From positions 436,406 through 500,405 of the forward strand of contig JBMFNR010000002.1 in assembly GCA_049970055.1 (NCBI GenBank): a stretch of 64,000 nt of DNA, written 5' to 3'. The position numbers and the translations under genes were made by a program. The notes beneath the pieces are model-generated. The model searched no databases. It saw nothing but the letters and a program-made list of their open reading frames with translations, and was not told where the DNA came from. Below, piece after piece: positions 20,468 through 30,368 of this stretch. The stretch comes from Fervidobacterium sp. Lineage in GTDB: Bacteria > Thermotogota > Thermotogae > Thermotogales > Fervidobacteriaceae. How positions within the stretch are numbered: the first letter of the stretch is position 1; the number at the start of each line of letters is the position of its first letter.

Positions 20468-21100
20468 CTATTTGTCTTTGAATACTTCGTGCCAAAGCTG
20501 CGAGAAATCTAAACTGATCTCTTCGAATTTTGAAATACTATCGTACGCAACTGAGTAAAGCAAAGAAAAACCATAGTCGTCATCGAATATTGTTAACACG
20601 TAGTATGTTACTATCTGTCCTTTATCTTCTTTCCATATTTTGTAGATGATACCAAGCGAGCTGTCTTCGGAAATGAGTTGATAAAGTGTTGTAAAAATAG
20701 AATCTACGATAGGATATAAGACATCCCTTACCTGTTCTGATAGTGATTTTTTGATAAGTTCTTTTTTTTGTTCGAGTTTTTTGATAATTTCCTGATAAGA
20801 TAACTGTATTGCCCCGTCTTTGATTATTTGTTCGTTAAAATCTGGCCCAGAATATTCAGAAAGACCATATATGACCCCTTTCTGAAGCAATTTTTCTAAT
20901 TTATCATTGACCGCATTGTTTTCATATACTAAAACCGCATTTTTCTTTTCTTTCGATATGTCCGGAAGAGTTTCCGAAACTGATGGTGAAATTACAACAG
21001 GTTTCATTGTATCAACGATGTTCACAACGATTTGTCCTGTTAAAAGTATGACCGCAATAGTTAAGAAAATACTCCAAAAGACAATTTCACGAAATTCCAC
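20468..21100 (-). CDS. Hypothetical protein with N-terminal membrane anchor
   Basis: 210-aa ORF with RBS, last gene of a minus-strand run. Confidence 0.65.
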   Translation of the reverse strand: MEFREIVFWSIFLTIAVILLTGQIVVNIVDTMKPVVISPSVSETLPDISKEKKNAVLVYENNAVNDKLEKLLQKGVIYGLSEYSGPDFNEQIIKDGAIQLSYQEIIKKLEQKKELIKKSLSEQVRDVLYPIVDSIFTTLYQLISEDSSLGIIYKIWKEDKGQIVTYYVLTIFDDDYGFSLLYSVAYDSISKFEEISLDFSQLWHEVFKDK

Positions 21101-21110
21101 GGTATCACCC

Positions 21111-22085
21111 CTAGCTATCTTCTCCCCTAATTAGTCTACTTTCAGACAATTTTCTTAATGCATCTACATAACTTATTCCATCGAAAAACATATCTTCTTG
21201 CGTGATTATTCGTTTTTCAATGTTCAAACCTTTGTTTTCGTAAGCGTTAAACCATGGTTCGTACTTTTTGTTGAACTCAACTAACTTTACTTTCAGTTCT
21301 TCTATTATTTTTTTAATTATCCTTGATCTTACCATATCTCCAAAGGATGGATGATACGGCCCAGTAACTATAAATTGCTTTTGATTTTCAGGTACGTGGT
21401 ACCCTAACCTTATAGCAGACCCATTGTTTGACTCGATTAATATAATCATATCACTTACTATGTCGACAGATTCCTCCAAAGTGAGTGGTGTGTATTTTCC
21501 ATGTAAGTACATTTGTTCAAGAACAGTGTGCTTAAAAATTATTGTTGGATGGATTCTATAATTTTTAACACCAAGTTCGATGAGCTTTTCCACACTCGTC
21601 AAGTCCTTTTTTTTCGTATCTTTTGGTAATCCGACCATCATATGTGCAATTACGTGAAAGTCATTACGCAGTAATTTGATGGCGTTTATAACATCTTTGT
21701 CTTTGTATCCTCTATTTGAGGTCTCTAAAACCTCGTTGTCAAGACTTTCAACACCTAACTCTACAACTTTTACGTTTCCACATTTCAATATTTCAACTAC
21801 CTCTTCGTTAATACAGTTGGGGCTTGTCGATATTCTTTTTGGTATATCTGGATATATTTCAAGAAGATTCTTCATAACTTCCTTTGAAAGTCCAGTGAAC
21901 GTACCTCCGTAGAATGCTATTTCATCGATGCTTTCGTCTATCTCAAGACTTTTTAGTAACCGAAAATCTGGAAGTTTTTCACCTGTCATAATATACTGAT
22001 TACAGAACACACAACGTGTTCTGCAACCAGCGTTGGGTAAAAAAATAGGATATATCTTAGGTTTTCTGGATTTTATTTTTGTCAC
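21111..22085 (-). CDS. Radical SAM protein, Elp3-like (no acetyltransferase domain)
   Basis: PIFLPNAGCRTRCVFCNQ, AFYGGTFT, ELGVES, GPYHPSFG. Confidence 0.85.
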   Translation of the reverse strand: MTKIKSRKPKIYPIFLPNAGCRTRCVFCNQYIMTGEKLPDFRLLKSLEIDESIDEIAFYGGTFTGLSKEVMKNLLEIYPDIPKRISTSPNCINEEVVEILKCGNVKVVELGVESLDNEVLETSNRGYKDKDVINAIKLLRNDFHVIAHMMVGLPKDTKKKDLTSVEKLIELGVKNYRIHPTIIFKHTVLEQMYLHGKYTPLTLEESVDIVSDMIILIESNNGSAIRLGYHVPENQKQFIVTGPYHPSFGDMVRSRIIKKIIEELKVKLVEFNKKYEPWFNAYENKGLNIEKRIITQEDMFFDGISYVDALRKLSESRLIRGEDS

Positions 22086-22525
22086 GAAAGCATCTCCTTG
22101 ACAATTTCATTCACGAGTTTACCGTCTGCAGCGCCTTTCACTTTTGTCATTACTTCTTTCATAACCTTTCCGAAGTCTTTTTGTGTAGCATTTAGCTGCT
22201 CGATGACTTCTTTAACTATTGTCTGAATTTCTTCACGTGATAACATCTTTGGCGCGTATTCTTGCAGTATTTTCAACTCCTCTTCTTCGACCTTTGCAAG
22301 GTCTTCTCTACCAGCTTGTTTGTAAGCTTCTATAGACTCTTGTCTTTTTTTGATTTCCTTTAAGATGAGTTTTTGGATGTCATCATCTGTTGCTTCTTTC
22401 TTTTCACCTTCTACTTCAAAATAACCAATCGCCGTCTTAATCGACCTTAGAACTCTTAATCTTAGTTCATCTTTAACCTTCATCGCTTCTTTCATATCGT
22501 TAAGTATTTTTTCTTTCAGTGACAT
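22082..22525 (-). CDS. GatB/YqeY domain protein
   Basis: DMKEAMK, KKRQESIEAY..AGR, GKVM, GAADGK. Confidence 0.9.
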   Translation of the reverse strand: MSLKEKILNDMKEAMKVKDELRLRVLRSIKTAIGYFEVEGEKKEATDDDIQKLILKEIKKRQESIEAYKQAGREDLAKVEEEELKILQEYAPKMLSREEIQTIVKEVIEQLNATQKDFGKVMKEVMTKVKGAADGKLVNEIVKEMLS

Positions 22526-22566
22526 ATGCGTACCTCCTTTACAAATCTTTACGAACTATGTGGTTT

Positions 22567-23583
22567 TTACGATAGAACCCCTTTTAAGAAATTTTTAACA
22601 GCCGAAAGGTTTGATTTTGCGTTATACCCGCCTTCGTGCACTATTACTCCATTACCTACCTTTTCAATAATCTTAGATACTAAAATTCCTATCTCAACGT
22701 AATCATTACTTACCAGTGAAAAGTGTCCCACAGGGTCGTTTATATGTGTATCCGTACCAAAGGAAAGTATGAAGAAATCAGGTTTATAATCTATTATCTT
22801 CTTGAAAGCTTTTTGTAATGCATTCTTATATACTTCAAAAGTTGAACCGCCTGGTAATGGAATGTTTAAGTTAGTTCCTTTAGCTTTGCCAGTACCAATT
22901 TCATTCTCGTATCCACTGTACCATGGGTAAAATTTCCGTGGATCGCCGTGAATTGAAACGTACAGAACATTTCTGTCATCGTAGAATATATCCTGTGTAC
23001 CGTTACCATGGTGAAAATCAATATCAAGAATACCTACTCTCATACCTAACTTTTCAAGGTATCGTGCACCTATCGCGACGTTGTTGAAATAACAGTATCC
23101 ACCGCCGTAATGCTTCATCGCGTGATGCCCAGGTGGGCGAGTAAGAGCGTAAACCGGTTTTTTATTTTGTATAGCATATTCAACAGCACTCATAACCGTA
23201 TTTACGGCGTTAAGTGCTGCCCTATAAGTCTCTCTTCGAATGGGGGTTCCTGTATCAAAGATAGGGTCTACAAAGAACACTTCCGGGATGTATTCCTCCT
23301 CTACTTCTTGCGATTTTTTTCTTATATAAGACACGTACTTCTCACTGTGAACAGTATATACTATGTCATCGGGGTAATCCTTTACAGGGATACGTGTGAA
23401 GTTGTTTTCCAAATAATTTTCTATCAACGACAACCTTGAGGGTTTCTCAGGATTTCTAATGAACTTCCCATTATCAATTTCTTTTTTTGGAACATAAAAA
23501 TCGTTCAGCTGAGTACAAAAAAATATGTTATTCCTCGATTTCCTCAATTTTTTTGACCCTTCTTTCGTGTCTTCCACCTTCAA
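22567..23583 (-). CDS. Histone deacetylase family protein (acetylpolyamine amidohydrolase-like); true start probably near 23547
   Basis: RPPGHHA, GYCYFNN, DIDFHHGNGTQ, EGGY. Confidence 0.9.
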   Translation of the reverse strand: MKVEDTKEGSKKLRKSRNNIFFCTQLNDFYVPKKEIDNGKFIRNPEKPSRLSLIENYLENNFTRIPVKDYPDDIVYTVHSEKYVSYIRKKSQEVEEEYIPEVFFVDPIFDTGTPIRRETYRAALNAVNTVMSAVEYAIQNKKPVYALTRPPGHHAMKHYGGGYCYFNNVAIGARYLEKLGMRVGILDIDFHHGNGTQDIFYDDRNVLYVSIHGDPRKFYPWYSGYENEIGTGKAKGTNLNIPLPGGSTFEVYKNALQKAFKKIIDYKPDFFILSFGTDTHINDPVGHFSLVSNDYVEIGILVSKIIEKVGNGVIVHEGGYNAKSNLSAVKNFLKGVLS

Positions 23584-23974
23584 ATGCGGAGTTTAAAAAA
23601 GCATCAACCGTCCACTTTGCAAGTTCGATTCCCATAAGGCGACCTGGCAAAACAAGTACGTTTGCGTTATTGTGTCTTCTCGCGTAAGTTGCCATATCTG
23701 GGAACAAGCATAAGGCAGCCCTAATTCCACGGATTTTGTTCGCTGCAATGGACATACCGATTCCTGTACCACACATCAAGATTCCAAAATCACACTCGCC
23801 AGACTTAACTTTATCGCCAACTTTCTTTGCGTAATCTGGATAATCAACACTTTCGATAGAATACGTACCACAATCAACAACCTCGATGCCTTTACCGGAA
23901 AGGTATTCCTTCACTCTCTCTTTTAATTCGTACGCTGCATGATCACTTCCGATGGCTATTCTCATTACTTTCAC
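23528..23974 (-). CDS. rpiB: Ribose-5-phosphate isomerase B
   Basis: GSDHA, DYPD, CGTGIGMSIAANK, HNNAN, FEGGRH. Confidence 0.95.
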   Translation of the reverse strand: MKVMRIAIGSDHAAYELKERVKEYLSGKGIEVVDCGTYSIESVDYPDYAKKVGDKVKSGECDFGILMCGTGIGMSIAANKIRGIRAALCLFPDMATYARRHNNANVLVLPGRLMGIELAKWTVDAFLNSAFEGGRHERRVKKIEEIEE

Positions 23975-23983
23975 CTACTTGTA

Positions 23984-24319
23984 TCATTTGAGGGCATTGA
24001 CTGCTTCCGTAACTGTGTTGTAATTTTTAATTACCTTATCGAGAGCAGTCATGCTGAGTAACTTTTTAATGTTTTCATTGGCGCAAGCAAATGCAACGGC
24101 TCCACCTGCAGATAATGCACTTTTGTAAAGACTTACAAACGTACCAAGTCCGAAGCTATCAATGGAATTTACATTTGTTAAATCAAAAACGAGTTTTACT
24201 TTCCCCTTTTTTATCAGATTATCGACAACCCAGTTTCTCAGGTTCATAGCGTTTTGCATTGATACTTCAGAGTTAATTGAAACCACAACAACTCCAAATT
24301 GTTCAGTGTATGTGTACAT
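23984..24319 (-). CDS. STAS-domain anti-sigma-factor antagonist
   Basis: DLTNVNSIDSFGLG motif. Confidence 0.88.
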   Translation of the reverse strand: MYTYTEQFGVVVVSINSEVSMQNAMNLRNWVVDNLIKKGKVKLVFDLTNVNSIDSFGLGTFVSLYKSALSAGGAVAFACANENIKKLLSMTALDKVIKNYNTVTEAVNALK

Positions 24320-24341
24320 AAACCAATCCCTCCTCTTATGA

Positions 24342-24680
24342 TTATTTATTTAAAAACTGCACGGCACTTTTTAAATCATCGAATATATTGAGTACTCTAT
24401 CAAGTGCCGTCATTCTTAAAAGGTTTTTGATATTTGGATCGAGGTTAATAAGTGCTGTCGTTCCAGCGTTCATAAGGGCTTGTTTGTGGATTGCCACTAT
24501 TATTCCAAGTCCTGTGCTGTCTATATATGTCGTATTTGAAAAATCAAGAAGTAACTTTTTGTAACCTTTCTCAATTGCACTCTCATAAACTTTCCTTTTA
24601 ATGTCCTGTGAATTTGTAAGGTCTACTTCCTCTGGCATTATGACTCTAACTATATCGCCTTTTAGTATTTCAAGATCCAT
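24342..24680 (-). CDS. STAS-domain anti-sigma-factor antagonist
   Basis: DFSNTTYIDSTGLG motif. Confidence 0.88.
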   Translation of the reverse strand: MDLEILKGDIVRVIMPEEVDLTNSQDIKRKVYESAIEKGYKKLLLDFSNTTYIDSTGLGIIVAIHKQALMNAGTTALINLDPNIKNLLRMTALDRVLNIFDDLKSAVQFLNK

Positions 24681-24716
24681 AAATCTTTCCCCCCTTAAGT
24701 TACCGAGCAGTTTCAG

Positions 24717-25313
24717 TTACTTCATTATCCTTATCAGTCCAACCATCCGGCCTATTATTCTAACCTTCTTTGGATCACAAACAATTGTTTCGTATTCGTC
24801 GTTTTGAGGTATCAATTCCACGTGGTCACTTTTTAGTACAAATTTTTTCAAAGTTACTTTATCTTCGACTACAGCCGCTACTATTGAATTATTTTCTGCG
24901 TTGTACTGTCTTTTGAGTATTACATAATCACCATCCATTATGTGCGCATTTATCATGCTATCCCCCTGAACTTTCAAAGCAAAGTACTCACCATACCCTT
25001 TCAGCATAGCAAGAGGTACCTCAATTTCTTCATCAATTTTCTCAAACATCTCGATTGCTTGCCCAGCAGCTATGGTGCCTTTGACAGGTACAACAATGCT
25101 TTCTTTTCGTTCACTGAGTGATATGGTACGTGGTCCCTTACCGCGCTTTATGTATCCTTTTTTTTCAAGAGCTATAACATGTTGTTGAGCACCTCTTGGG
25201 GTCATTCTAAAGTGCCTAGCTATATCTCTTATCGAAGGAGCGTAACCTTTCATTATCATGTAATCTTTTATGAATTCATATATAAGTTGTTGCCTTTCTG
25301 TTAGATCTCTCAT
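24717..25313 (-). CDS. lexA: LexA repressor
   Basis: LTERQ, PSIRDI, IAAG cleavage site, GDSM, VTLKK. Confidence 0.95.
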   Translation of the reverse strand: MRDLTERQQLIYEFIKDYMIMKGYAPSIRDIARHFRMTPRGAQQHVIALEKKGYIKRGKGPRTISLSERKESIVVPVKGTIAAGQAIEMFEKIDEEIEVPLAMLKGYGEYFALKVQGDSMINAHIMDGDYVILKRQYNAENNSIVAAVVEDKVTLKKFVLKSDHVELIPQNDEYETIVCDPKKVRIIGRMVGLIRIMK

Positions 25314-25720
25314 ACGTCAAACACCATCCTAAGAAATATTTTATCGTTTCTCCTTTCTGCAACAAAGTTATGATAAGTTAAAGCTTTTATGGAGAGCCCT
25401 ATATTTTCTTTGCACAGATATATACAATTATTTTCCACTTTGAACGGGTAGTACCCTTGATCTACCAAGAATATCAGTTCGTTTACCATATCGAATATGT
25501 AATCTTGCAACGCGTTTTCATCTCGTATCATATCTATATTATAACATTTTTCGATAAAATTTTGCAAACAATTTGTTAATAATAACTTTTCAACATGTTT
25601 GGTAAATTTTTTAGTACTGTTTTCAAGCAATATTTTTACAATATCATTTAGAAATTCATCAAATGATTTTGCTTCAACTTCGTATGCTATATCAGCCTTA
25701 TGGTCTATTTCTCTGTACAA
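25310..25720 (-). CDS. Archease
   Basis: DHKADI, IKALTYH, C-terminal VFDV. Confidence 0.85.
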   Translation of the reverse strand: MYREIDHKADIAYEVEAKSFDEFLNDIVKILLENSTKKFTKHVEKLLLTNCLQNFIEKCYNIDMIRDENALQDYIFDMVNELIFLVDQGYYPFKVENNCIYLCKENIGLSIKALTYHNFVAERRNDKIFLRMVFDV

Positions 25721-28204
25721 TCATTCTTCACCACCGATTACGGCAAAATCAGCAACCACATCTCCATCTGCAAGGTGCACTACTTTTACCCCCTGTGCTG
25801 TTCTACTTCTTGTTGGAACATCTGATATTTTGAACTTTATCGTTGCTCCGTCTTTTGTAAAGAGTACAACTTCTTCGTCACCTTTTACGAAAGAAACACC
25901 AACTATTGGACCTGTTTTTTCGATCTCTCCAATATTCTTAATTCCAAGCCCACCTCTTGATTGTTTCCTATAATCGTTAACTGGTGTAAGCTTTCCGTAA
26001 CCATTTTCTGTAATCGTAAGTATATATCCTTCATCACTTTCAAGAATTGTCGAAGAAATTACTTCGTCATCATCCCTTAATTTTATACCTCTCACACCTG
26101 CCGCATTCCTGCCCATTGTTCTTACTTCATCAATTCCGAATCGTATGCTCATTCCAAGTTTTGTAGAAATCAAAATCGTATCACTTTCTGAATTAACTCT
26201 CAGAACAGACACAAGTTCGTCTCCTTCCTTGAATGTTATAGCCCTAATGCCTTTTGATGTAATATTTTTAAAGTCTTCCAGGCTCGTACGTTTTATGATA
26301 CCCTTTTTAGTTACAAAGAACAGCTCACCTACGTATTCCGTTATATCAACCATTGTCAAGACTTTTTCACTGCTTTCTAGTTTGATGTACTTGTTTACCG
26401 GTTTACCTTTATTTCCCCTGTTACTTTCTTCAATATCTATGTTCTCAATTTCGTACACTTTCCCTAAAGATGTGAAAAATAATGTTTTACTATGCAGTTT
26501 TGTATAAAGAACCTGCGATATGATATCATCTTCCATAAGGTTTGCACCAATTACACCTTTACCATTTCTTTTTTGAGTTCTAAATGCGTTTATGTCCATT
26601 AATTTTAGAAACCCTTTTCTTGTAAGTGTTAGCACAACATCTTTATTTGGTATTAAATCCTTTTTGTCAAACCTTGTTACAGTTTCCTCGTATTCTGTGA
26701 TTTCCGTTCTTCTTGGATCTGAATACTTTTTCTTTACGTCCAACAATTCTTCGACAATAACATCGTAGACCTTGTCATCGTTCATCAAAAGTTCTTTCTC
26801 TTTCTCGAGTTTTACGAGTAATTCTTTGTATTCTTGTTGTAAGTTCTGCGTTTCTAAATTTGTTAGCCTACCTAACCTCATATCAAGAACTGCTCTGGCT
26901 TGTTCTTCGCTCATTTGAAGTACATCTACTAATTGTTGAACAGCTTCCGAAGAATCTTTTGCACTTCTTATTATACTAACAACTGTATCAATGGCTCTCG
27001 AGGCTTTAATTAAACCTTCTATGATATGTGCACGTCTAGAATCTTGTTGATAGGCGTAATGTGTTCTTTTTCTCACAACCTCGAAACGGTGTTTTACGTA
27101 GGCCTCTATAAGTTGTTTCAAATTCATTAACCTTGGTTGTTTATCTGCGTCTATTACTAGGAAATTTGCATTGAATCTTGTTTGCAAACTCGTCTTTTGG
27201 TATAAGTTGTTCAAGATAACTTCTTCTTTAGCATCTTCTGGTAATTCTATGACAATTCTCAATCCTTCTTTATCACTTTCGTCACGTAAATCCTTAACAA
27301 AAATCTCTTCTTCTTGAAGGTACTCTGCAATTTGTTCAATTAAATCTGATTTGCTAACTCCGTACGGTATTTCAGTTATGATGATGCTTTTTTTCTTTTT
27401 TTCGTGTTTTATCTCAACTCTGCCTCTTACGGTAAAGCTACCTCTACCAGTGATGTACATTTCTCTTATTCCAGCTTTACCAATTATTATTCCGCCGGTT
27501 GGAAAATCAGGTCCTTTTATCAATAATATTAATTCTTCAATGGAAATGTCCCTATTTCTTATGTAAGCAACCGTTGCATCGACTACATCGCTTATGTTGT
27601 GTGTCGGTATATTCGTTGCCATTCCAACAGCTATACCGCTTGCACCATTCAACAGCAGATTTGGTACCTTTGCTGGTAATACATCCGGTTCCTTAAGCGT
27701 TCCATCGAAGTTATCAAGCATTTTTACCGTTTGCTTGTCTATATCTTCCACCATCTCTTCGGCTATTTTGTGGAGTCTTGCTTCCGTATATCGCATCGCA
27801 GCAGGTGGATCTCTATCTATGGAACCAAAGTTTCCTTGTCCTTCTACTAGTGGATAACGCATGGTCCACGGTTGGGCCATTCTTACAAGCGCTTCATATA
27901 TTGAAGCATCACCGTGTGGGTGATACTTACCCATAACCTCACCAACAATACGAGCTGATTTTTTGAATGCGCTCTTGTGAGTTAAACCAAGCTCGTACAT
28001 GGAGTATATAATTCTTCTTTGAACAGGTTTCAAACCGTCCCTTACATCTGGTATGGCACGTCCTATAATAACACTCATCGAGTAACTGAGGTACGATTTA
28101 ACGAGTTCCTCTTCAAGCGCTCGTTCAAAGGTATTTTGCTGTATTGAATTTGTTTCATTTTGATTTATCTCATCGCCATTCTTAACTTCAAATTCTTTGT
28201 CCAC
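25721..28204 (-). CDS. gyrA: DNA gyrase subunit A
   Basis: [22 protein letters not shown], GyrA-box QKRNGKG. Confidence 0.97.
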   Translation of the reverse strand: MDKEFEVKNGDEINQNETNSIQQNTFERALEEELVKSYLSYSMSVIIGRAIPDVRDGLKPVQRRIIYSMYELGLTHKSAFKKSARIVGEVMGKYHPHGDASIYEALVRMAQPWTMRYPLVEGQGNFGSIDRDPPAAMRYTEARLHKIAEEMVEDIDKQTVKMLDNFDGTLKEPDVLPAKVPNLLLNGASGIAVGMATNIPTHNISDVVDATVAYIRNRDISIEELILLIKGPDFPTGGIIIGKAGIREMYITGRGSFTVRGRVEIKHEKKKKSIIITEIPYGVSKSDLIEQIAEYLQEEEIFVKDLRDESDKEGLRIVIELPEDAKEEVILNNLYQKTSLQTRFNANFLVIDADKQPRLMNLKQLIEAYVKHRFEVVRKRTHYAYQQDSRRAHIIEGLIKASRAIDTVVSIIRSAKDSSEAVQQLVDVLQMSEEQARAVLDMRLGRLTNLETQNLQQEYKELLVKLEKEKELLMNDDKVYDVIVEELLDVKKKYSDPRRTEITEYEETVTRFDKKDLIPNKDVVLTLTRKGFLKLMDINAFRTQKRNGKGVIGANLMEDDIISQVLYTKLHSKTLFFTSLGKVYEIENIDIEESNRGNKGKPVNKYIKLESSEKVLTMVDITEYVGELFFVTKKGIIKRTSLEDFKNITSKGIRAITFKEGDELVSVLRVNSESDTILISTKLGMSIRFGIDEVRTMGRNAAGVRGIKLRDDDEVISSTILESDEGYILTITENGYGKLTPVNDYRKQSRGGLGIKNIGEIEKTGPIVGVSFVKGDEEVVLFTKDGATIKFKISDVPTRSRTAQGVKVVHLADGDVVADFAVIGGEE

Positions 28205-28258
28205 ACTCCAAAACCTCCTATTGGAAAATTCTATGTAGATAAAATAATGGAAGATGTA

Positions 28259-30208
28259 TTACGATATCTTGGCACCCGGTTCTATCTCAGACGAGACGGT
28301 CAAGAGTGTAAGTTTATTATCTTTTTTTGCAGCAAGAAGCATACCTTTTGATTCAAGCCCCATCAATTTCGCAGGTTTAAGGTTAGCAACAACTACTATC
28401 AATCTGTCAACAAGCTCTTCTGGCTTGTAATATTGAGCAATTCCTGCAACAATTTGTCTTTGACCAAGTTCACCAAGGTCTATCTGTAATTTCACAAGCT
28501 TTTCTGATTTTTCTACTTTCTCGGCTTCAATTATTTTAGCAACCCTAAGGTCTACTTTCTTAAACATGTCGATGTCTATTAAATCCCCCATCGTTACAAC
28601 GTTTTCTGTCTGTTTTTGCTGATTTGCCTCCATCTTAATTGCCTCCTTAATTTCTTTTTTACTTTGATCATGACTATTGTTCTTTTCAAACTTTTTAAAC
28701 AAAGGCTCACCGTGTATTATCTTGTTACCTTTAAGTATGTTCCAGCTCGACAGATATTTTTCATCAAATTTTTCATTTATGGATAGTCTTTTATACACTT
28801 CCGCAGAGGTTTCGGGCATTACTGGCGATACGAGTGTTGCAACTTTGAGTATATTTTCTGTTACCAAGCTTAAAACACTTCCAAGACGTTCTTTTTTACC
28901 TTCTTTTGCCAAAACCCAAGGTTTAGTTTCATCAAAATACTTATTTAGTGAAGAAATAAATTGCCAAAGCACATCAAGCGCATCTGTAATCTTGTAAGCA
29001 TCCATAAGTTGTATGTACTTTTCTTTTGTTTCATCATATTCTCTCATCAAGTTTTCATCAATTGGTTCGGTGGTTCCTATTCCAGGAATAATTGAATCAA
29101 AGTGCTTTTGTATAATTGCAAGTGTTCTGTGCAGTAAGTTACCATAGTCATTGGCAAGGTCTGAGTTTAAGCGTTTTATTAAATTTTCCTCCGAAAAATC
29201 ACCGTCTTTACCAAATACTATATCTCTAACAAGGTAATATCTGACAACATCATTTCCGTATTTCTTCACATATTCCCTTGGATCTATTGCGTTTCCGAGT
29301 GACTTGCTGATCTTCTGGCCATTTACGGTTAGCCATCCATGAGCAAAGATCTTTTTCGGCAATGGTAAACCAACCGACATTAACATTGCAGGCCAGATCA
29401 AACTGTGAAATCTATTGATCTCTTTACCAATCAAATGTACATCAGCAGGCCACCATTTGTTAAATGTGTCCATATCATTTGGATATCCAATAGCTGAAAC
29501 GTAGTTTATCAAAGCATCTACCCAAACGTATATAACATGTTCTGGATCATTTGGCATTGGAATTCCCCATTTTAACGTTGTTCTTGTTATAGAAAGATCT
29601 TTCAGACCAGATTCAAGTATTTTCATCATTTCGTTTCTTCTGAAATCAGGTTCGACAAAATTTGGGTTTTCTTTGAAATGTTTTAATAGTGCATCGTTGT
29701 ACTTTGAAAGTCTGAAAAAATAATTCTCTTCACTTATGATCTGTACTTCTCTCTTACATGATGGACATACTTTGTGTCCATGTTCATCTTCTTCTAGTTC
29801 ATCTTCGTTCCAATAAGTCTCACATGGTACGCAGTACCATCCTTCGTACGTCCCTTTGTAAACGTCGCCATTTTCGAGCATTTTCGATACAAAAAATTGA
29901 ACAGTTTTTTCATGTTTTTCATCTGTTGTTCGAACAAAATAATCATTTGTTATACCTAAGTCTTTCCAAAGCTCTTTAAATTTTTCTGCCAACGTATCGC
30001 AAAGTTCTTTTGGTTCCATACCCTTTTCTTTTGCTGCTTGAGCTATTTTTTGCCCATGCTCATCTGTACCGGTTAAGTAGAATACTTCGTAGCCCATCAT
30101 TCTCTTATATCGAGCTAAAATATCACCAACTATAGTAGTATAAGAACTGCCTATATGCGGTTCTGCGTTAACATAATAAATAGGGGTTGTAATGTAAAAC
30201 TTTTTCAC
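28259..30208 (-). CDS. metG: Methionine--tRNA ligase with C-terminal tRNA-binding domain (start GTG 30208)
   Basis: YITTPIYY, HIG, KISKS, C-terminal NLKPAKLMG; GGAGGTG RBS at 30215-30221. Confidence 0.97.
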   Translation of the reverse strand: MKKFYITTPIYYVNAEPHIGSSYTTIVGDILARYKRMMGYEVFYLTGTDEHGQKIAQAAKEKGMEPKELCDTLAEKFKELWKDLGITNDYFVRTTDEKHEKTVQFFVSKMLENGDVYKGTYEGWYCVPCETYWNEDELEEDEHGHKVCPSCKREVQIISEENYFFRLSKYNDALLKHFKENPNFVEPDFRRNEMMKILESGLKDLSITRTTLKWGIPMPNDPEHVIYVWVDALINYVSAIGYPNDMDTFNKWWPADVHLIGKEINRFHSLIWPAMLMSVGLPLPKKIFAHGWLTVNGQKISKSLGNAIDPREYVKKYGNDVVRYYLVRDIVFGKDGDFSEENLIKRLNSDLANDYGNLLHRTLAIIQKHFDSIIPGIGTTEPIDENLMREYDETKEKYIQLMDAYKITDALDVLWQFISSLNKYFDETKPWVLAKEGKKERLGSVLSLVTENILKVATLVSPVMPETSAEVYKRLSINEKFDEKYLSSWNILKGNKIIHGEPLFKKFEKNNSHDQSKKEIKEAIKMEANQQKQTENVVTMGDLIDIDMFKKVDLRVAKIIEAEKVEKSEKLVKLQIDLGELGQRQIVAGIAQYYKPEELVDRLIVVVANLKPAKLMGLESKGMLLAAKKDNKLTLLTVSSEIEPGAKIS

Positions 30209-30303
30209 CGAGAGCACCTCCGTTCAGTTGTTTAAATTCAATATTCAATTCAATTATATCACAAACCTTTAATACTTGAGTGAAATGTATGCAACATTTT
30301 TAG

Positions 30304-30332
30304 AAAAAAGGTGGCTTGTTGAAGCCACCTTT
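30304..30332 (-). terminator. Intrinsic terminator
   Basis: AAAGGTGGCTT-GTTG-AAGCCACCTTT hairpin with T-tract on the minus strand. Confidence 0.75.
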
Positions 30333-30368
30333 GATGCTTTGATGCTCTCTCACATTTTTTACATGTTT

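Noticed and set aside
20351..20470. tRNA genes (here and 53336-53410) as integration sites
   Set aside because: No integrase seen and no duplicated tRNA 3' end noticed
30232..30348. Short repeats TTCAAT and TGATGCT upstream of metG; possible T-box or SAM riboswitch
   Set aside because: Low complexity, and the leader is too short with no riboswitch motifs
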